Source of the DNA: Antedon mediterranea
Lineage: Eukaryota; Animalia; Echinodermata
Direction of reading: 5' to 3'
Assembly (NCBI RefSeq): GCF_964355755.1
Contig: NC_092672.1
Coordinates: 23,015,237-23,079,236 of the forward strand
DNA: 64,000 bases
This document shows positions 14,301 through 27,718 of the stretch, piece after piece (positions within the stretch are counted from its first letter, which is position 1; every line of letters begins with the position of its first letter). The notes under the pieces are model-generated. The model saw only the letters and a program-made list of their open reading frames with translations, had not been told where the DNA came from and did no database searches. A program made the position numbers and the translations under genes.

Positions 14301-14535
14301 ACAACAAAGAGATTCTGTGTAATGAGATTTTAATTGCAAAAAAGGCTACTTGGCTGAATCCTAAAATTTGGTGGATTCCCGGTCGCCGTTACAGTGTTGG
14401 AAGTGTCCTCAGGGTATATTTTGACCTTTCGTTAAAACAGGTTGTAATATCAATCATGTCATGCGACGTTGCTAACAAGATTGGGCCCATTTATTGCTGC
14501 TTTGCTGCCAGCAATCATCCTCCTACCACGTCTTA

Positions 14536-14714
14536 AGCGTGGTTCCCACTAGCAACGCAACACAAGGACGTAACGCAACGCAAGTGAATTGACCAATCAC
14601 AATCGATGGCTTATTCGCTTGTGATTGCTAACTGTCTATAACTTCGCTTGTCATTGGTTAAAACGCTTGCGTTGCGTTTACGTCCTTGCGTTACGTTCTA
14701 GTGGGAACCAAGCT
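14536..14714. mobile_element. Palindromic MITE, PIF/Harbinger type
   Basis: TIRs AGCGTGGTTCCCACTAG / CTAGTGGGAACCAAGCT, with inverted similarity over ~60 bp and a TTA TSD on both sides. A decayed partial copy lies at ~51895-52000. Confidence 0.85.
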
Positions 14715-15019
14715 TTACGCCTATCCCAGTGGGGCCAACTCGTAGTTGTAGTAGGCCTCTATCGTTTCCCACTCCAAACAGAATACAAAATAACATCGCA
14801 AAAATGGCATCTTCTTCCATAGTGTATAGATGAAACAATGAAACCCTTAAAATAACTTTTATTAATTTAAATGAACCGAGAACAAAATAAACAACAATGC
14901 AAACGTGAACGAATACAATAATGAAAATGGTAAAAACCGCGCGAATACATCGGACAGCGAGGAGGCGACGATGATTGTTGTTGACAACCCAGCCAATTCA
15001 AGCGATCAACGAAGGACCA

Positions 15020-15140
15020 AATTACTCCATCCCAAAGACTTGTAATAAGACTTTGTTTATGTAGAGCATCTTGTGTATATGTTTGTATTGTCTTGTGGAC
15101 CTCTGAGGGTCCCTAATGATCAGCAATAGCTATCTAGTAG
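15020..15140 (+). mobile_element. Fragment of a dispersed SINE-like repeat
   Basis: ccaaagacttgtaataagactttgtttatgtagag...cctctgagggtccctaatgat is the reverse complement of 36350-36435, where the copy extends to a B-box-like GGGTTCAAGTCC. Confidence 0.6.
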
Positions 15141-18100
15141 ATAATTGTGCCTTTGTTGCATATTTTAACCGATTTAGCACTTAACATTAACGCTAATCAA
15201 ATGTTGGCATAATTTGGCAAAATGTAGCATAGTTTTATCCTAATTCTAAAACATTTTTTTTTTCTAATTTCAAAAGCAGATTTAAAAAATCAATAATTGA
15301 ATAAACTAAATTTTAAACGAAATCATCCTTTATTAAAATCCTTAATATAAACTGATATTAATTCATAATGCATGCAAGTATATGTACAACTTAGGATTAT
15401 GAACTACGGTATAACACGGTATTACGATTTCATGTATAACTGCAACGTTTTTGTGGGGTTGACCTCGGCCCGTGCAACACGTGTTCAAATTTAGGGTGTT
15501 GTATAAACACAGCCTATGATCTTTTTACCAATTGTTAACACGCTATGGGAGTGTCATTTCCGGCCAACTATAGGTGCAATTTATCATAAATTTTACGTGC
15601 GGGAATACCATTTCTAACCGTCTAGGGGTGTCATTTAACAAAATTTGCTTCACCACAGGTCCCACCTGTGCCTCATGTACTTGGTGACTGGTTGCGTCCC
15701 CTCCCCCCTTTACTACAAGGCTGGATCCGCCCTTGTTTATGATGAGCAACAATGCCTATTCTGTGTGGTGTAATTAAAAAGAAGTAAATATGATTGCAAC
15801 TTCATTCTCCTTGTACCTCCTTGTACACACCTTGAAATTAAATTGCATAAATGAATAATTGAATATCAAAATGAATAATATTAAACATAACGTTAGTCCA
15901 TCATGTACTTAAAACGCTACCAGGCACTAATAATAGAATTAGAAGCCAGGCATATACAGTAGGCACATTGGTGGGCTGGTTTGTCCTGTCACATCTGGAC
16001 CGAATCGTCCTGAATTCAACTAGTTATAGTAGCCTAGGCCTAGTAAGTAACGTAATGCTAAACCTAACCTAGTGTTAATTACATGCATTTGGTGTTTCAA
16101 GCTTATTTTTGGATGAACAAACCATACTTACCATCCTTTCGAAAAGTTTGAAATGTGCGCCGAGCACATGCTATCTCTCAATATTTGCTAGCGATGACCT
16201 CTAAGTGATCTGATTGTGACGCAAGATTTATCGAATGGAGCATTTGGCAACTTGCAAATAAATTAGTCTGAAAACACATTTTTTGTAAAATGTGCCATTC
16301 TAACATCACTTAATAAATAAAAGGAACTAAAAGGTGTCCCAGCTCAAACGGCGCTAGCGGTTTTATTATATTAGGAGAAGATGGAGCCTATAGGCTGAAT
16401 TGGTTATTGATTAGACTACATAAAACCTCCTTTTTAAAAAACTTTTTTTTGTAAAGTTGCCAAAGAAACACCACTGAAAAGGTCATTTTTTACTTTTATA
16501 AATTGCTAAATTGTGTGTGCGGCCAAATATTATTTGAAAGGTATTAAAACCCATTTCTAGATTGGTATTTTGTTTGGATATCGTGCATGAAACTACCCCT
16601 ACAGCATCGCAAAGAAGAATTGTAATAGTTCTGAAGATTTTTTTTGTAATTATGATTTTATATCATTAAGTATGTCACGGCAACATTGCCAGTGGGTTGG
16701 TGTGTTGTGGAGGGTGGACTCAAGACAAGAATAATATACATATAAAACACTATAATATTATATGTCCAGATTATCTACAGGTGAATTATCTTCATGAGTC
16801 CATTTCCAATTTTACGTCGAAATACAGTACTCTTTGTTCATATCAATCCCATATTTCCACTCCATCTTATCCATAATTTCTTCGGTGATTTCTCTGATGT
16901 TTTCTAAGCTTAATCTTCTTAATCTTGGCACTTCTCTATTCTCAAGTGGCACTGTAACACAGACAAATATTACCGTAGTATACAGTTCATTTACAGTACC
17001 CTATACATTCATTATACCAACAATCTATTTTATAAATATAACTATTCTACTTACAATGCAGCCTAATTCATTACTCGTACGCAAATCCCAATTTCATTGT
17101 CTTATGGTGACAATGCTCACTCGCTCCCCCTTATCTACAAAAAGACTGTATGCGCTACTCCGTAATCTACACAAAACATCGTTATTCAAATAATTTGCTC
17201 ATTACCATAATTATAGTGATCACCTGTTGGATTATTATTATTTTGTGACAAAGTAGTCAAATTTTGAAAATCATATTTCACAGTTTAAACATTTTAATCA
17301 AAAATACTATGTAGAAATGTTGTCATCAGTGACTTAACTATCAATACTGTGCAACTCCTTTTCATAACTGTCTCAGTTGTGGGTTCACTTCCAGGATTCA
17401 ACATTTTTTTGAATTACTACTTTTCTGAAATATGGTGAGGGACCTAAATGATGTATCTCTACAAAACATTAAAGACCCCCACCCTGCATTGAGTAACTCT
17501 TTTAGAACAATTCTGTCCTTAACATTTTATAGTATGCAAATACAGGCTCCTGGCAAAGAAGCATAAAAGTGGACGTAGTTGTGCAAACATGATGGAGGAT
17601 TTGCGACACGGATACGTCACACCAACTTATTCGTTTTTGTAAGCCAGTACAAATCGGTTTCGCATGGCAACGAAATATTGAGGGCGCCATCCAAAATATG
17701 ACTGCTGTAAATTTGAATGAAGCACAGGTTGCAATGGAGGTTGCCTATAGGCCTAGTATGGCGAGAGAGGACTTTAAAAACTGCTATTTATCAAAATTGA
17801 CTTGGCATTTTACTAAATTACTTTCAATAAATTATCTATAATTATATTATCATGAATCGTTTTTTATTCAATGCAAAGTGTGCAAAATAGATAAAAAAAC
17901 TATGACTGGTGATTTTTGTCAACACAAATACACTTTACGAATATCAGCTCAAAAGTTTAACAAATGTATGACCTATCCGTTTCCATTATCGTATTCGTAA
18001 GGTTGCGAAACCTCCATATTAGTTGGTGCCATCATATATCAACATCTTTATAGGCTATGTAGAATATGTAGCAAAACTAGCATCGATATGACTTTACTCC

Positions 18101-20703
18101 AATACTATAAAATGAAAATAGAGAATATTTAATCTTCTTTTAATGAATCACAGGATCAAGTGTAAAATTGTATTAAATTAAATTATGGTTTTAATTAATC
18201 TTTACCCAATTTGTAATAATAATGCTAAACAAAATAGGGTGAAGTTTAAACAACTTAGTGTATAAGTCATTTTTCAACTGTTATTTTCTACTTGATACTA
18301 GATTTTACCACGTCACAATGTTAGCAAACTTCCTGCTTTGTAGCCATACTTGAATTAAATGCCACTATCATTCTAAAATAGGGATAGGCTGCTGTGTAGT
18401 GTTTACACGTTCAGTTTTGAAATTCACTAGTAAATAATAAACCCTAGTTTCTGTCTATAATAGCATTACTCCTAAAACAGCATATTAAATTTTAAAAGTA
18501 AAATTTTTATATTTGAGAATTTGAATTTTCAATCTATTTCATATTTTCAAGAATCTGATGAGCATGACAAGTTAACAATATGAATTGCATTACATTAGAT
18601 TCAAAAGAAATCGTCATTAGCAAGTAAGGAGAAAAGAGGGACTTGCCTTCATTTTAAAATTAGTTTGTCATAACATGTTTATATATACAGCCATGAAAAA
18701 TAGGAATACCAATACCAAACATATAAAAAGATGGGATTTATAATTTAATGAATAGAGCACTCAAACAGACAGAGGAAACATTTTTGTGCTTGATTATGCA
18801 TTTTGTTTACCTTCAATACCCACATTCTGGGTTTCAGTAGTATATTTATCTTTTCAGTTCATATTTTATGCATACAAAATTGAGAACCACCAATTCATCA
18901 CCATTTACACTTACATTAAAGCAAGAATTATTATTTTAGTATTTTGTTATGATGAACTAATATAATTTTATTTAAACCAATTTCAGATAAAGCTATGCAT
19001 AGAAATCTTTTGAATTGCAATAAATAAACGCATGACCTTTTTGTACAACATTTAAAAAAGGCATTATAGTGAACAAAAACTATGATGCCAAGTTGGTGCT
19101 CTTTTCAAGATTGTTGTATTTTCTTGAAAAATCAGTGGATCAGAAATATTTAAAAAACAATAATTAAAATGAAGTTGCAACAATTTGATTATCATGGAAT
19201 GTACAAAAGCCCTAAACTCATACTTACAGTGAGAGCTCACACAGTAGACCCTATCATAGAGGCTTACACTATGTATGGTCTACTCGCCCTAATTTGGCCA
19301 ACATTTTCGGCAGCTAGAACTGTATTGGCCACGAAACATTAATTACATTACTCAAAATTTGCTCCACCTTAATTCTTAATTTATACTAATTCATATTATA
19401 GTTATATGTTTCAAATGAAAAAATGGATAGCTAAGATTGTTTTAAATTTTAAGAAATGCAGAGAATAAGCATAATAATTATATTTGAACATAATGAACAA
19501 CTACCTTTTTAGGTAGTCTTTATTGTACATTTTTAATATCCTAGATGTTGGTAAAGTACTTTGGAAGAATCCTCTCTCACTTCTCATCTGTTGTGCTGGC
19601 ATACATATTTTATTTGTTTTATTCTTTGACTTCATTTATATATTATTTTTTATTTATTTATTGTCAATTGTGAAACATTCTAAGCATACCATTATTTTAA
19701 AACATTTTCTTATCTTATTTTATGCAATGTTATTATATTCTTCAATTTTCAACAACAGCTAGCTATTTAAAAAAGAAAGAAAGTTGATTGAATATAATTA
19801 TATGTAATTTTTTCATAAAATTCAGTTGATGATCACTGGTTTTAAAAAATGAAATAGTTAATACAGTATTTAAAATCAATTAATGAAAACAATTATGCAT
19901 TTCTTCAGTGGCCGCAAATCGTAACTGGCTGGCCTCTTAATTTATTTTAAATTTAGGTTTTTCAAAATGTAACTTTATCAATAAAATGATCCAATATTGG
20001 GAAATAAGTAAATAATATTCTAATTTTAGCTATTAATTATGTGAAAATCATTACATTTCAGGCCTCTAATCAGTCTCATACTTATTACAGTAGTAACTTT
20101 ATTAAAACTAAACACAAGATTGACATGATGATATGTTTGTCGCGAGAGCATAACGGTGTATTACTATCAGAAAGTTTTTAAATGAGATAATGTTCCTCAA
20201 AATTTTTAGACTATAAAATGTTCACTATAACAATTTGTCCTGATCAATTTTAAATTTGAGTGCTAAATAAAACTTGTCTGCTAAATCTAACAAGCACGAA
20301 TGTGCAATACTCGGGGTACAGCGAAAGTAGCTGTAATGACGTCATAAGACCGAATGTAACGTCACATACACATCAATAACCGCGCTACCAAATACGGCTA
20401 TACGGTACCATCTTCGAGACGTGATATGGCTGCATCCGGTTTGAAATTAAAAATCCGGCTCTATAGCTTTGAGGACATGTCCCTGTAGTATATTCATGCT
20501 AAATCTGAGCTCAATACTACCACGAATAAGGGAGGAGTAGTACTTTATAAATCGCACTTTTTGCTCAATAGTGTCCAGATGCAAGAAGAAGAGGAAAAGA
20601 TTAGAGAGTCCTAGACTCAGGTACCCCGAGTAATAAAACGAGATATATATACTCTATATCATATTACGTATACAGTATATTTCACCATAAAGTTTAAGCA
20701 AAA

Positions 20704-20779
20704 TGGTCTCGCCATGAGGGCTCGAACCGGGGACCTTCTGCGCGTTAAGCAGACTTGATAACCACTACACTACAAAACC
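20704..20779 (-). pseudogene. tRNA-Val(AAC)-derived sequence, copy 1
   Basis: Reverse strand GGTTTTGTAGTGTAGTGGTTATCAAGTCTGCTTAACGCGCAGAAGGTCCCCGGTTCGAGCCC..., with anticodon arm TCTGC-TTAACGC-GCAGA. An insertion disrupts the T stem. Confidence 0.7.
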
Positions 20780-20994
20780 TCTTACACCAAAAATGTGGGT
20801 TACACAAAGTTTTTTAATCCATTTAAATTACAAATAAATTATTATGTTAATAAGCACAAAGCAAGATAAACATGTGTAAAAGTGATAATTACAGATTACA
20901 CAAAATAAATATTTAAAAAAATAATAAAAATAAGATATATACTGTATATCATATTGCATATACAGTACTTTTCACCATAAAGTTAAAAAAAAAA

Positions 20995-21063
20995 GGTTTC
21001 GCCCGGGCTCGAACCGGGGACCTTCTGCGTGTTAAACAGACGTGATAACCACGCCAAGAAGCC
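20995..21063 (-). pseudogene. tRNA-Val(AAC)-derived sequence, copy 2
   Basis: GGCTTCTTGGCGTGGTTATCACGTCTGTTTAACACGCAGAAGGTCCCCGGTTCGAGCCCGGGCGAAACC followed by a T run. D arm is shortened and the acceptor stem is mismatched. Confidence 0.7.
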
Positions 21064-21679
21064 GCATATAACTACATAACGCTGTGGTGTGTGTCACACA
21101 TTGTGGCTTCTTAATTAAACAAATTAATTAAAAAATGAAGCTGTAATGACGTCATAAGACGGGATGTGACGTCACATACACATCAATAACCTACCAAATA
21201 CGGCTATATGGTACCATCTTCGAGACGTCATATGGCTGCATCCGGTTTGAAATTTTAAAATCCGGCTCTATAGATTTGAGGACATGTCCCTGTAGTATAT
21301 TCATGTGCCAAATCCCAGCTTAATACTACAACTAATAAGGGAGGAGTAGTACTTTAACAAGCACGAATGTGCAATACTCGGGGTATACAGCGAAAGAAGC
21401 TGTAATGACGTCATAAGACCGGATGTAACGTAACATACACATCAATAACCGCGCTACCAAATACGGCTACCGGTACCATCTTCAAGACGTGATATGGCTG
21501 CATCCGGTATGAAATTAAAAAATCCGGCTCGATAGCTTTGAGGACATGTCCCTGTAGTATATTCATGCTAAATCCGAGCTCAATACTACAACGAAAGGGA
21601 GGAGTATTTACCGATTACACAAAATAAATATTTAAAAAAATATTAAAAATAAGATATACTGTGTATAATTATCATATTG

Positions 21680-21925
21680 CGTAAAGGACGCCTTGAAACT
21701 TTCATCCGTCGGGCTTGTAAAATGATTGGTCTGGAACTGCCTTCCTTTACCGATGTGCACCTAGAACACCTCCAGAAAGATTTCGAACGCATTGAGTCGG
21801 ATGCCTCTCATCCTCTCAACAAAGTAATCATAGACCAACTTAATCCAAGTGGTAGATTGAGGCTCCTCAGTGTGAAAACAAATCGATTTGCTAAATCCTT
21901 TATTCCCTCCGGTATCATCTAGTAC
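21680..21925 (+). mobile_element. Rex1/Babar-type LINE C-terminal fragment
   Basis: ORF has IRRACKMIG..LPS...I.SDASHPL...PSGRLR....KTNRFAKSFIP, the typical Rex-Babar ORF terminus. Confidence 0.7.
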
Positions 21926-22098
21926 AACAGGAAGTAAATAAATATGGTAATAAGCACAAAGAAAAATAAACATGTGTAAAAGCGATAATTACCGATTACA
22001 CAAAATAAGTATTTAAAAAAATAATAAAAATAAGATATACTGTGTATAATTATCATATTGCGTATACAGTACTTTTCACCATAAAGTTTAAAAAAAAA

Positions 22099-22170
22099 GG
22101 TTTCGTCCGGGCTCGAACCAGGTACCTTCTGCGTGTTAAGCAAACGTGATAACCACTACGCCAAGAAGCC
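22099..22170 (-). pseudogene. tRNA-Val(AAC)-derived sequence, copy 3
   Basis: GGCTTCTTGGCGTAGTGGTTATCACGTTTGCTTAACACGCAGAAGGTACCTGGTTCGAGCCCGGACGAAACC followed by a T run. Stems are mismatched. Confidence 0.7.
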
Positions 22171-24348
22171 GCATATAACCATATAACTACATAACGCTGT
22201 GGTGTGTGTCACACATTTTGGCTTCTTAATTAAACAAATTAATTAACAAAAAATTAAAAATCCGGCTCTATAGCTTTGAGGACATGTCCCTGTAGTATAT
22301 TCATGCCAAATCCCAGCTCAATACTACAACTAATAATGGAGGAGTAGTACTTTAAAAATCGCACTTTTTACTCAATAGTGTCCAGATGGAGGAGGAGAAA
22401 ATGAGTAAGTCCTAGACTCGGGTACCCCGAGTAAAAATCGCACTTTTTACTCAATAGTGTCCAGATGGAGGAAGAGGAGAAAATGAGTAAGTCCTAGACT
22501 CGGGGACCCCGAGTAAAAAGCACGAATGTGCGATACTCGCGGTACAGCAAATGAAGCTGTAATGACGTCATAAGACGGGATGTGACGTCACATACACATC
22601 AATAACCTACCAAATACGGCTATATGGTACCATCTTCGAGACGTCATATGGCTGCATCCGGTTTGAAATTTTAAAATCCGGCTCTATAGATTTTAGGACA
22701 TGTCCCTGTAGTATATTCATGCCAAATCCCAGCTCAATACTACAACTAATAAGGGAGGAGTAGTACTTTAAAAATCGCACTTTTTACTCAATAGTGTCCA
22801 GATGGAAGAAGAGGAGAAAATGAGTAAGTCCTAGACTCGGGTACCCCGAGTAAAAGTTTTCTTCATCTTTCTGAGATAAAACATTGTTTGAATGCCTTTC
22901 TGATGAATTTGACAGTAAAACAAAGGTAATTTCATTGCAAACCCTTGTTTATATCACCATGGTTAAAGACAGTTTTAAAGAAGACTCAATAGGCCAAATT
23001 TGTTTTTGTTACGTTTCATGTGCAGGATTTGAATTTTTTATTTTTCATTTGAGAAATGTACAAAATATGTGAAAGATGGTCTTACAGTTCAGTTGTGTTT
23101 ACATACCTTAGAGTGCGTAATAAATCCTTCATTACCATTAAAATATACAATGTAGCTAATAGATTAAAAAGTCATCCATCTCCAAAATTTGATTATGAAG
23201 GAAATGTGAAACTAATTAACAATTTGTTTTTATTTATTTTATCTTTCATATGTTATTATTCTATGATTTATATTATACTACAGCTTGTGTATCTCTCAGT
23301 GTTCTGTCTTTTTTTATTTAATTTAAAAATGCCCTTTTGCATCAATGTCAAATGATCAAAGCTAAACATAATTGTCAAAAATAATAATTATAATTATAGT
23401 TAAACTTTCCACCAACGAACTGTAATTATTTACAAACTTTCTTATTTACAAATGCCGGTAAAATCATAACTAAGTTTGTTTACACTTGATATACTTACTT
23501 TCTACAATGTAAATTATAATATTTTAGGCACTATTACTATTATTAGTTATTTCAAAATTACATGGAATAATAAAGTTATTGATTAATCAATGATACTCCT
23601 CACATTTATTTAAATGTTATTAATCGTGTACTGTAATTTAATAATATTGATAATTGTGGCAAATTGTTAAGTTAAATTGAGATTTGCTATTCTCTTAAAA
23701 ACAAAAAACCAATATATTAATCTTAGGCTAAATCATTCATAATTGATTTTGATTTGTATTTTTAAGTGTATATGGTCATTATTACAGTTATGATCATACT
23801 TCATTCGAAAATAATTTCCATTAAACAATTTTATAAGAGAAGGAGCACAATACATGCAATAGCTTACCAGTATTTTCAGGTAATTCATTGCAATTATATC
23901 CTGCATTAATATCATTGCAAAGAAGACAAAACATTGTTATAAAAGGAGGCACGGAAAGACCAAACAGGTGCTAAACACCTATGCTAGTTGGTCAATCCAG
24001 AACAGAGAAAAATAAATAAATTACGTTCTACAATAAAAGCATCGACAAGAAAGCGACCAACTACACACATGTTCAATATACACACTGCTATAAACAATGG
24101 TCAATCCAATTAATTGTGGTCCCAATATGTCCCTCATAAAGAATGGAAAAATAATAATAATAATAATGGATAAATAAATCACATATAACTTAAAAATCAT
24201 AGCACATGGGCGGTACTCACCAATTTTCATATTTGTTGCTCATGCCAAAATGTAAAACCACTAATGCTAGAGAATTTATTTGTTACAGACTTATGGCAAA
24301 ATCAGCATTGTATTAAACTATCACATGGAGGTTTTCAAATAATACTAT

Positions 24349-24994
24349 GGCCCTGTTTCTGCTGCCAAGAATATACACACTGTATATTATTTTATATGGT
24401 ATTTTTTGTGGCAGCAGAAATGGGTCTCATAAAAAATATACTGTATAAACATGGAGCTATAAAATTAGTTTTTATAGCTCCATGGTATAAATATACCGCA
24501 TATTTATCTTGATCATTATCGATATCGTTATCTCTGATATTTTATCATATATTTCTTACACCTTTCTGCTGCCTTATGAATATACCATCTATATTGTTCA
24601 CCCATAACACAAGGTTTGTTGAACATACCCTACTTAGAACAATTACTAAAATGTCACAGTGGACTGAAAATGTTAAGATATTTGCTCTATTTAAATGTGA
24701 TAGAACCGAGGTTTCAGGGTAATAACAGGAGATGTGGAGTTTGGTTATCGTCAAAACAAGTGAACAGTAAGCAGTACAAAACAGCAAACTGACCATGGAC
24801 AATGACTGCAAGTTGGGTAGACACAGGTTTTTCCGGTCCCATAGGGGATTTTGAGGGATCGAACCATAACTATCTATTCCTCAATCCATACAATCCCACA
24901 AAGTAGTTTTCAAAAGAAACGGGTCACCAAATTATAATTCTAATATATTATTACGGTATGTTTATGCCGTACATATTGTAGCAGAAACAGGGCC
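24349..24994 (+). mobile_element. PIF/Harbinger-like non-autonomous element with decayed Myb/SANT start
   Basis: TIRs GGCCCTGTTTCTGCT / AGCAGAAACAGGGCC with 3-bp TSD TAT. Its left end is the reverse complement of 47980-48050. 24651 onward reads MSQWTENVKIFAL, similar to MWTEEITIFAI in the 47192 element. Confidence 0.75.
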
Positions 24995-26689
24995 TATCTT
25001 ACATTAATGGCTCATTGGGATGACTAAAGGTTGGTATTAATAGTAATACCTAAGGGTAGACTCACAGCGTCAGGTTTGTTATCCAACACAAGGTAATCCG
25101 TGTCGTTAAAAGTCAAGGTGTTCAGACACAATGATCGACATTCCAATGCCCACATTTAAAACACTCTGATTAGGTCAAAGCAGATAGAACTATGCATACA
25201 TTGATGACAAACACATGATGGTTTACATTGTAAAGTTGTTCTTTGTTATTTATATTCATATAATGTTACTTTCAAAATATATTGATTTATACTATTACTA
25301 CTTACTACTTACCATATTGCTGTACAGGTATGCTGTTGGCCTGCTAATTGTGGTCGTGTCTTTTCATTTGTTAAAGTTAAAATCACTGGATTATCCTTAT
25401 TAAATCTACCCTCTCCTGCTAGGGTTATTAACGCCACTGGCGAGGTTTAACAGCTTCCTAACGCTAATCTGCAGCTTAGTTCACATACAAAAATATGTAC
25501 ATACCCTAAGACACTGAACAGTACTATGTTTAAAAATAAAAGTGATTAATCAAAGACTCCAGCTGATAACTCCTCCACATAAAACTCCTAGAAAGTAGGA
25601 AGCCTTTTGTCCTCTTCCCTGACTGACTGAGCAGATATACCTATGATCTCTCTATTAATAATTTATATTGTAAACCTTATTATGTAAACAGAAATATCAA
25701 TGAAAATTCTTCACTAAAAAGTTGTTTAAAGATATGCTACATTATTAGCAATTTACACCTAAATCCAGCCCTCAGTCTTAACCCTTTTCCAACATGCAAT
25801 TCGTTTTTTAAGGATATTCACTACATTATTAGCAAATTACCCCCTAAATCCACCCTTTTCCAACATGGCTGTTGAAAAAGTGTGTCATCCAATGGAATAG
25901 TTTTATTGCCAGTATTGTATGTCTGTGGATTTTCCATCTGAATTGACATAGCAGCAATCAATCATTTAATTAAGAAACCTTTGATATCAACAAACGTATA
26001 AGCCAGTTTCGAAGTTACCTACTTCTATTCTAGTTGTAATTAAATTGTTTCTACTGAATAATAATTTAAACGAAACACAATCGCCTATAAAATTAGAAGT
26101 TAAAAAAAACTGGAGGTGCCACTTATTATGAATTTCATGTGTGAGAGCATTTCCGGCCATCTAGAGGTGTCATTTAACAAAATTTGATTTAAATCCCGCT
26201 CCCTTTTTTCAGATCCTGGCTAAGGCCCTGGACATTTGGGCAATCCCCTTAAGATAGTCCTGCTACCGCCTCCGTAAATAATTCTAAGCAAGTGAAACAA
26301 AATACTGATTATTGATTATTTGAAAGTGGATAATTTAAAAACATAAAATATGTTGGTATCACATGGATGACACACACACAGAGTGATATATCACTTTGTT
26401 AGTTTTTCTGCCTAGTGCTGCTATCTGTATCGTGGTATTCAAGCTTTAAAGTTTAAAAAAATTTAGATAAAATGAGTTGAATATTTATTATTGAAATGAG
26501 TAATTATTATTCAATTACATAATAAAAAATTAGTTTTGATAGCTGAATACAATTAGCCTGGTGTTTATGAACATCTATAATACTACATTAATACATAACT
26601 TGCTTGCTCATCTTGATTGTGCTAAATACTTATGCTAGGGTTTTATTTCTAGATTTTTCGTTCTCTTTTAATACTATACAATAAAATAT

Positions 26690-27115
26690 TTTAATGAAAT
26701 CAGTAAAACAGCTTATAGAATAATAGGAACTAAAGAGAACACTAAAGATATTGTTAAAAGTGCCATAAGTAAAAAGTAATTATGTCGGATGAGTATCACC
26801 CTTCCTCATCATTACCTTGTCTTTAGTAAGTCAGGGTGTTAGTGTTTACCCAAGATGGAAAACCAATAAGATGAGAAACTCGTTTCTCACTACTGCAATG
26901 ATTCAATTCAATGAAACTTGGATACATTCATCATTTTATGCTATACCCTTACACACACCAATCTTGCTTGTATTTTGTATTTTAAACGATTTATTTCATC
27001 TGTATTTTATCAAATTTTAACCTTTTTTAATTCATTTTTATGTGAATTTTTAAATTTGAACCAACAAAAATAATGTACATATTTTTCTGTGTTTGACCAT
27101 GAATAAATGAATAAT
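26690..27115 (+). mobile_element. Decayed Rex-Babar-like LINE 3' end
   Basis: Frameshifted pieces ISKTAYRIIG, IMSDEYHP and PRWKTNKMRNSFLTTAMIQFN, followed by a T-rich 3' UTR ending gaataaatgaataata. Confidence 0.5.
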
Positions 27116-27718
27116 AGGCCGGTAATTTGTTTTTGTTTTATACCTAATTATGACCGACTGTAATAATATCACAGAATTCAAATTGTTCTAGCCTAATTAT
27201 ATCGTTTTCAAAGTATTAAATACCAAAATACTAAAGAAATATAAAATAGACTGCTTTATTTTTTTATACATAAGAAATATTATAATAATAACCACTATGA
27301 GTCTAACTAAATACCTGATCTTATACAAATTTTAAAGATGCCAATAAATATAAGTTATTAAAAGATAGTAATAAAATTAGTGCTGTCATTTGAAATGAAA
27401 ATTGACTGTTATATAGTTTACAGGGGTGAACAACATTTGGTTCTCAACTTTACTATACCAATTTTCAACACAAGTGCAACTGATTATCAGTGATTTAGAC
27501 ACTCAATATAAAATCTGGTAGTGATGATGATACACCTTTAAAGCTGTTTTACAAGTTATCAAGTTTCCTTTTGCATTAGTGTTTAGTGGTTACAATAATA
27601 TATAAACCACAAAATGATTGTCCCACTCTTTCTGTGTACCAATCCAATTGTACCCAGTGTTCCAAATTAATCGATCAAAAATATTTGTGGTTAATTAAAT
27701 TCCACAAATATAAAATTT

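Larger units (their letters stand above)
20289..22853. mobile_element. Nested/tandem cluster of Helentron/DINE-like non-autonomous elements
   Basis: Three left ends (AA(C/A)AAGCACGAATGTGC.ATACTCG.GGTA at 20289, 21356, 22515) and four right-end hairpins (ACTCGGGTACCCCGAGT-like at ~20615, 22416, 22498, 22836) that contain the inverted subterminal motif. The paralogous site at ~46950 is empty. Confidence 0.82.

Noticed and set aside
20704-22170. Functional tRNA-Val gene cluster
   Set aside because: Each copy has stem-breaking changes or indels and lies inside a mobile-element cluster.
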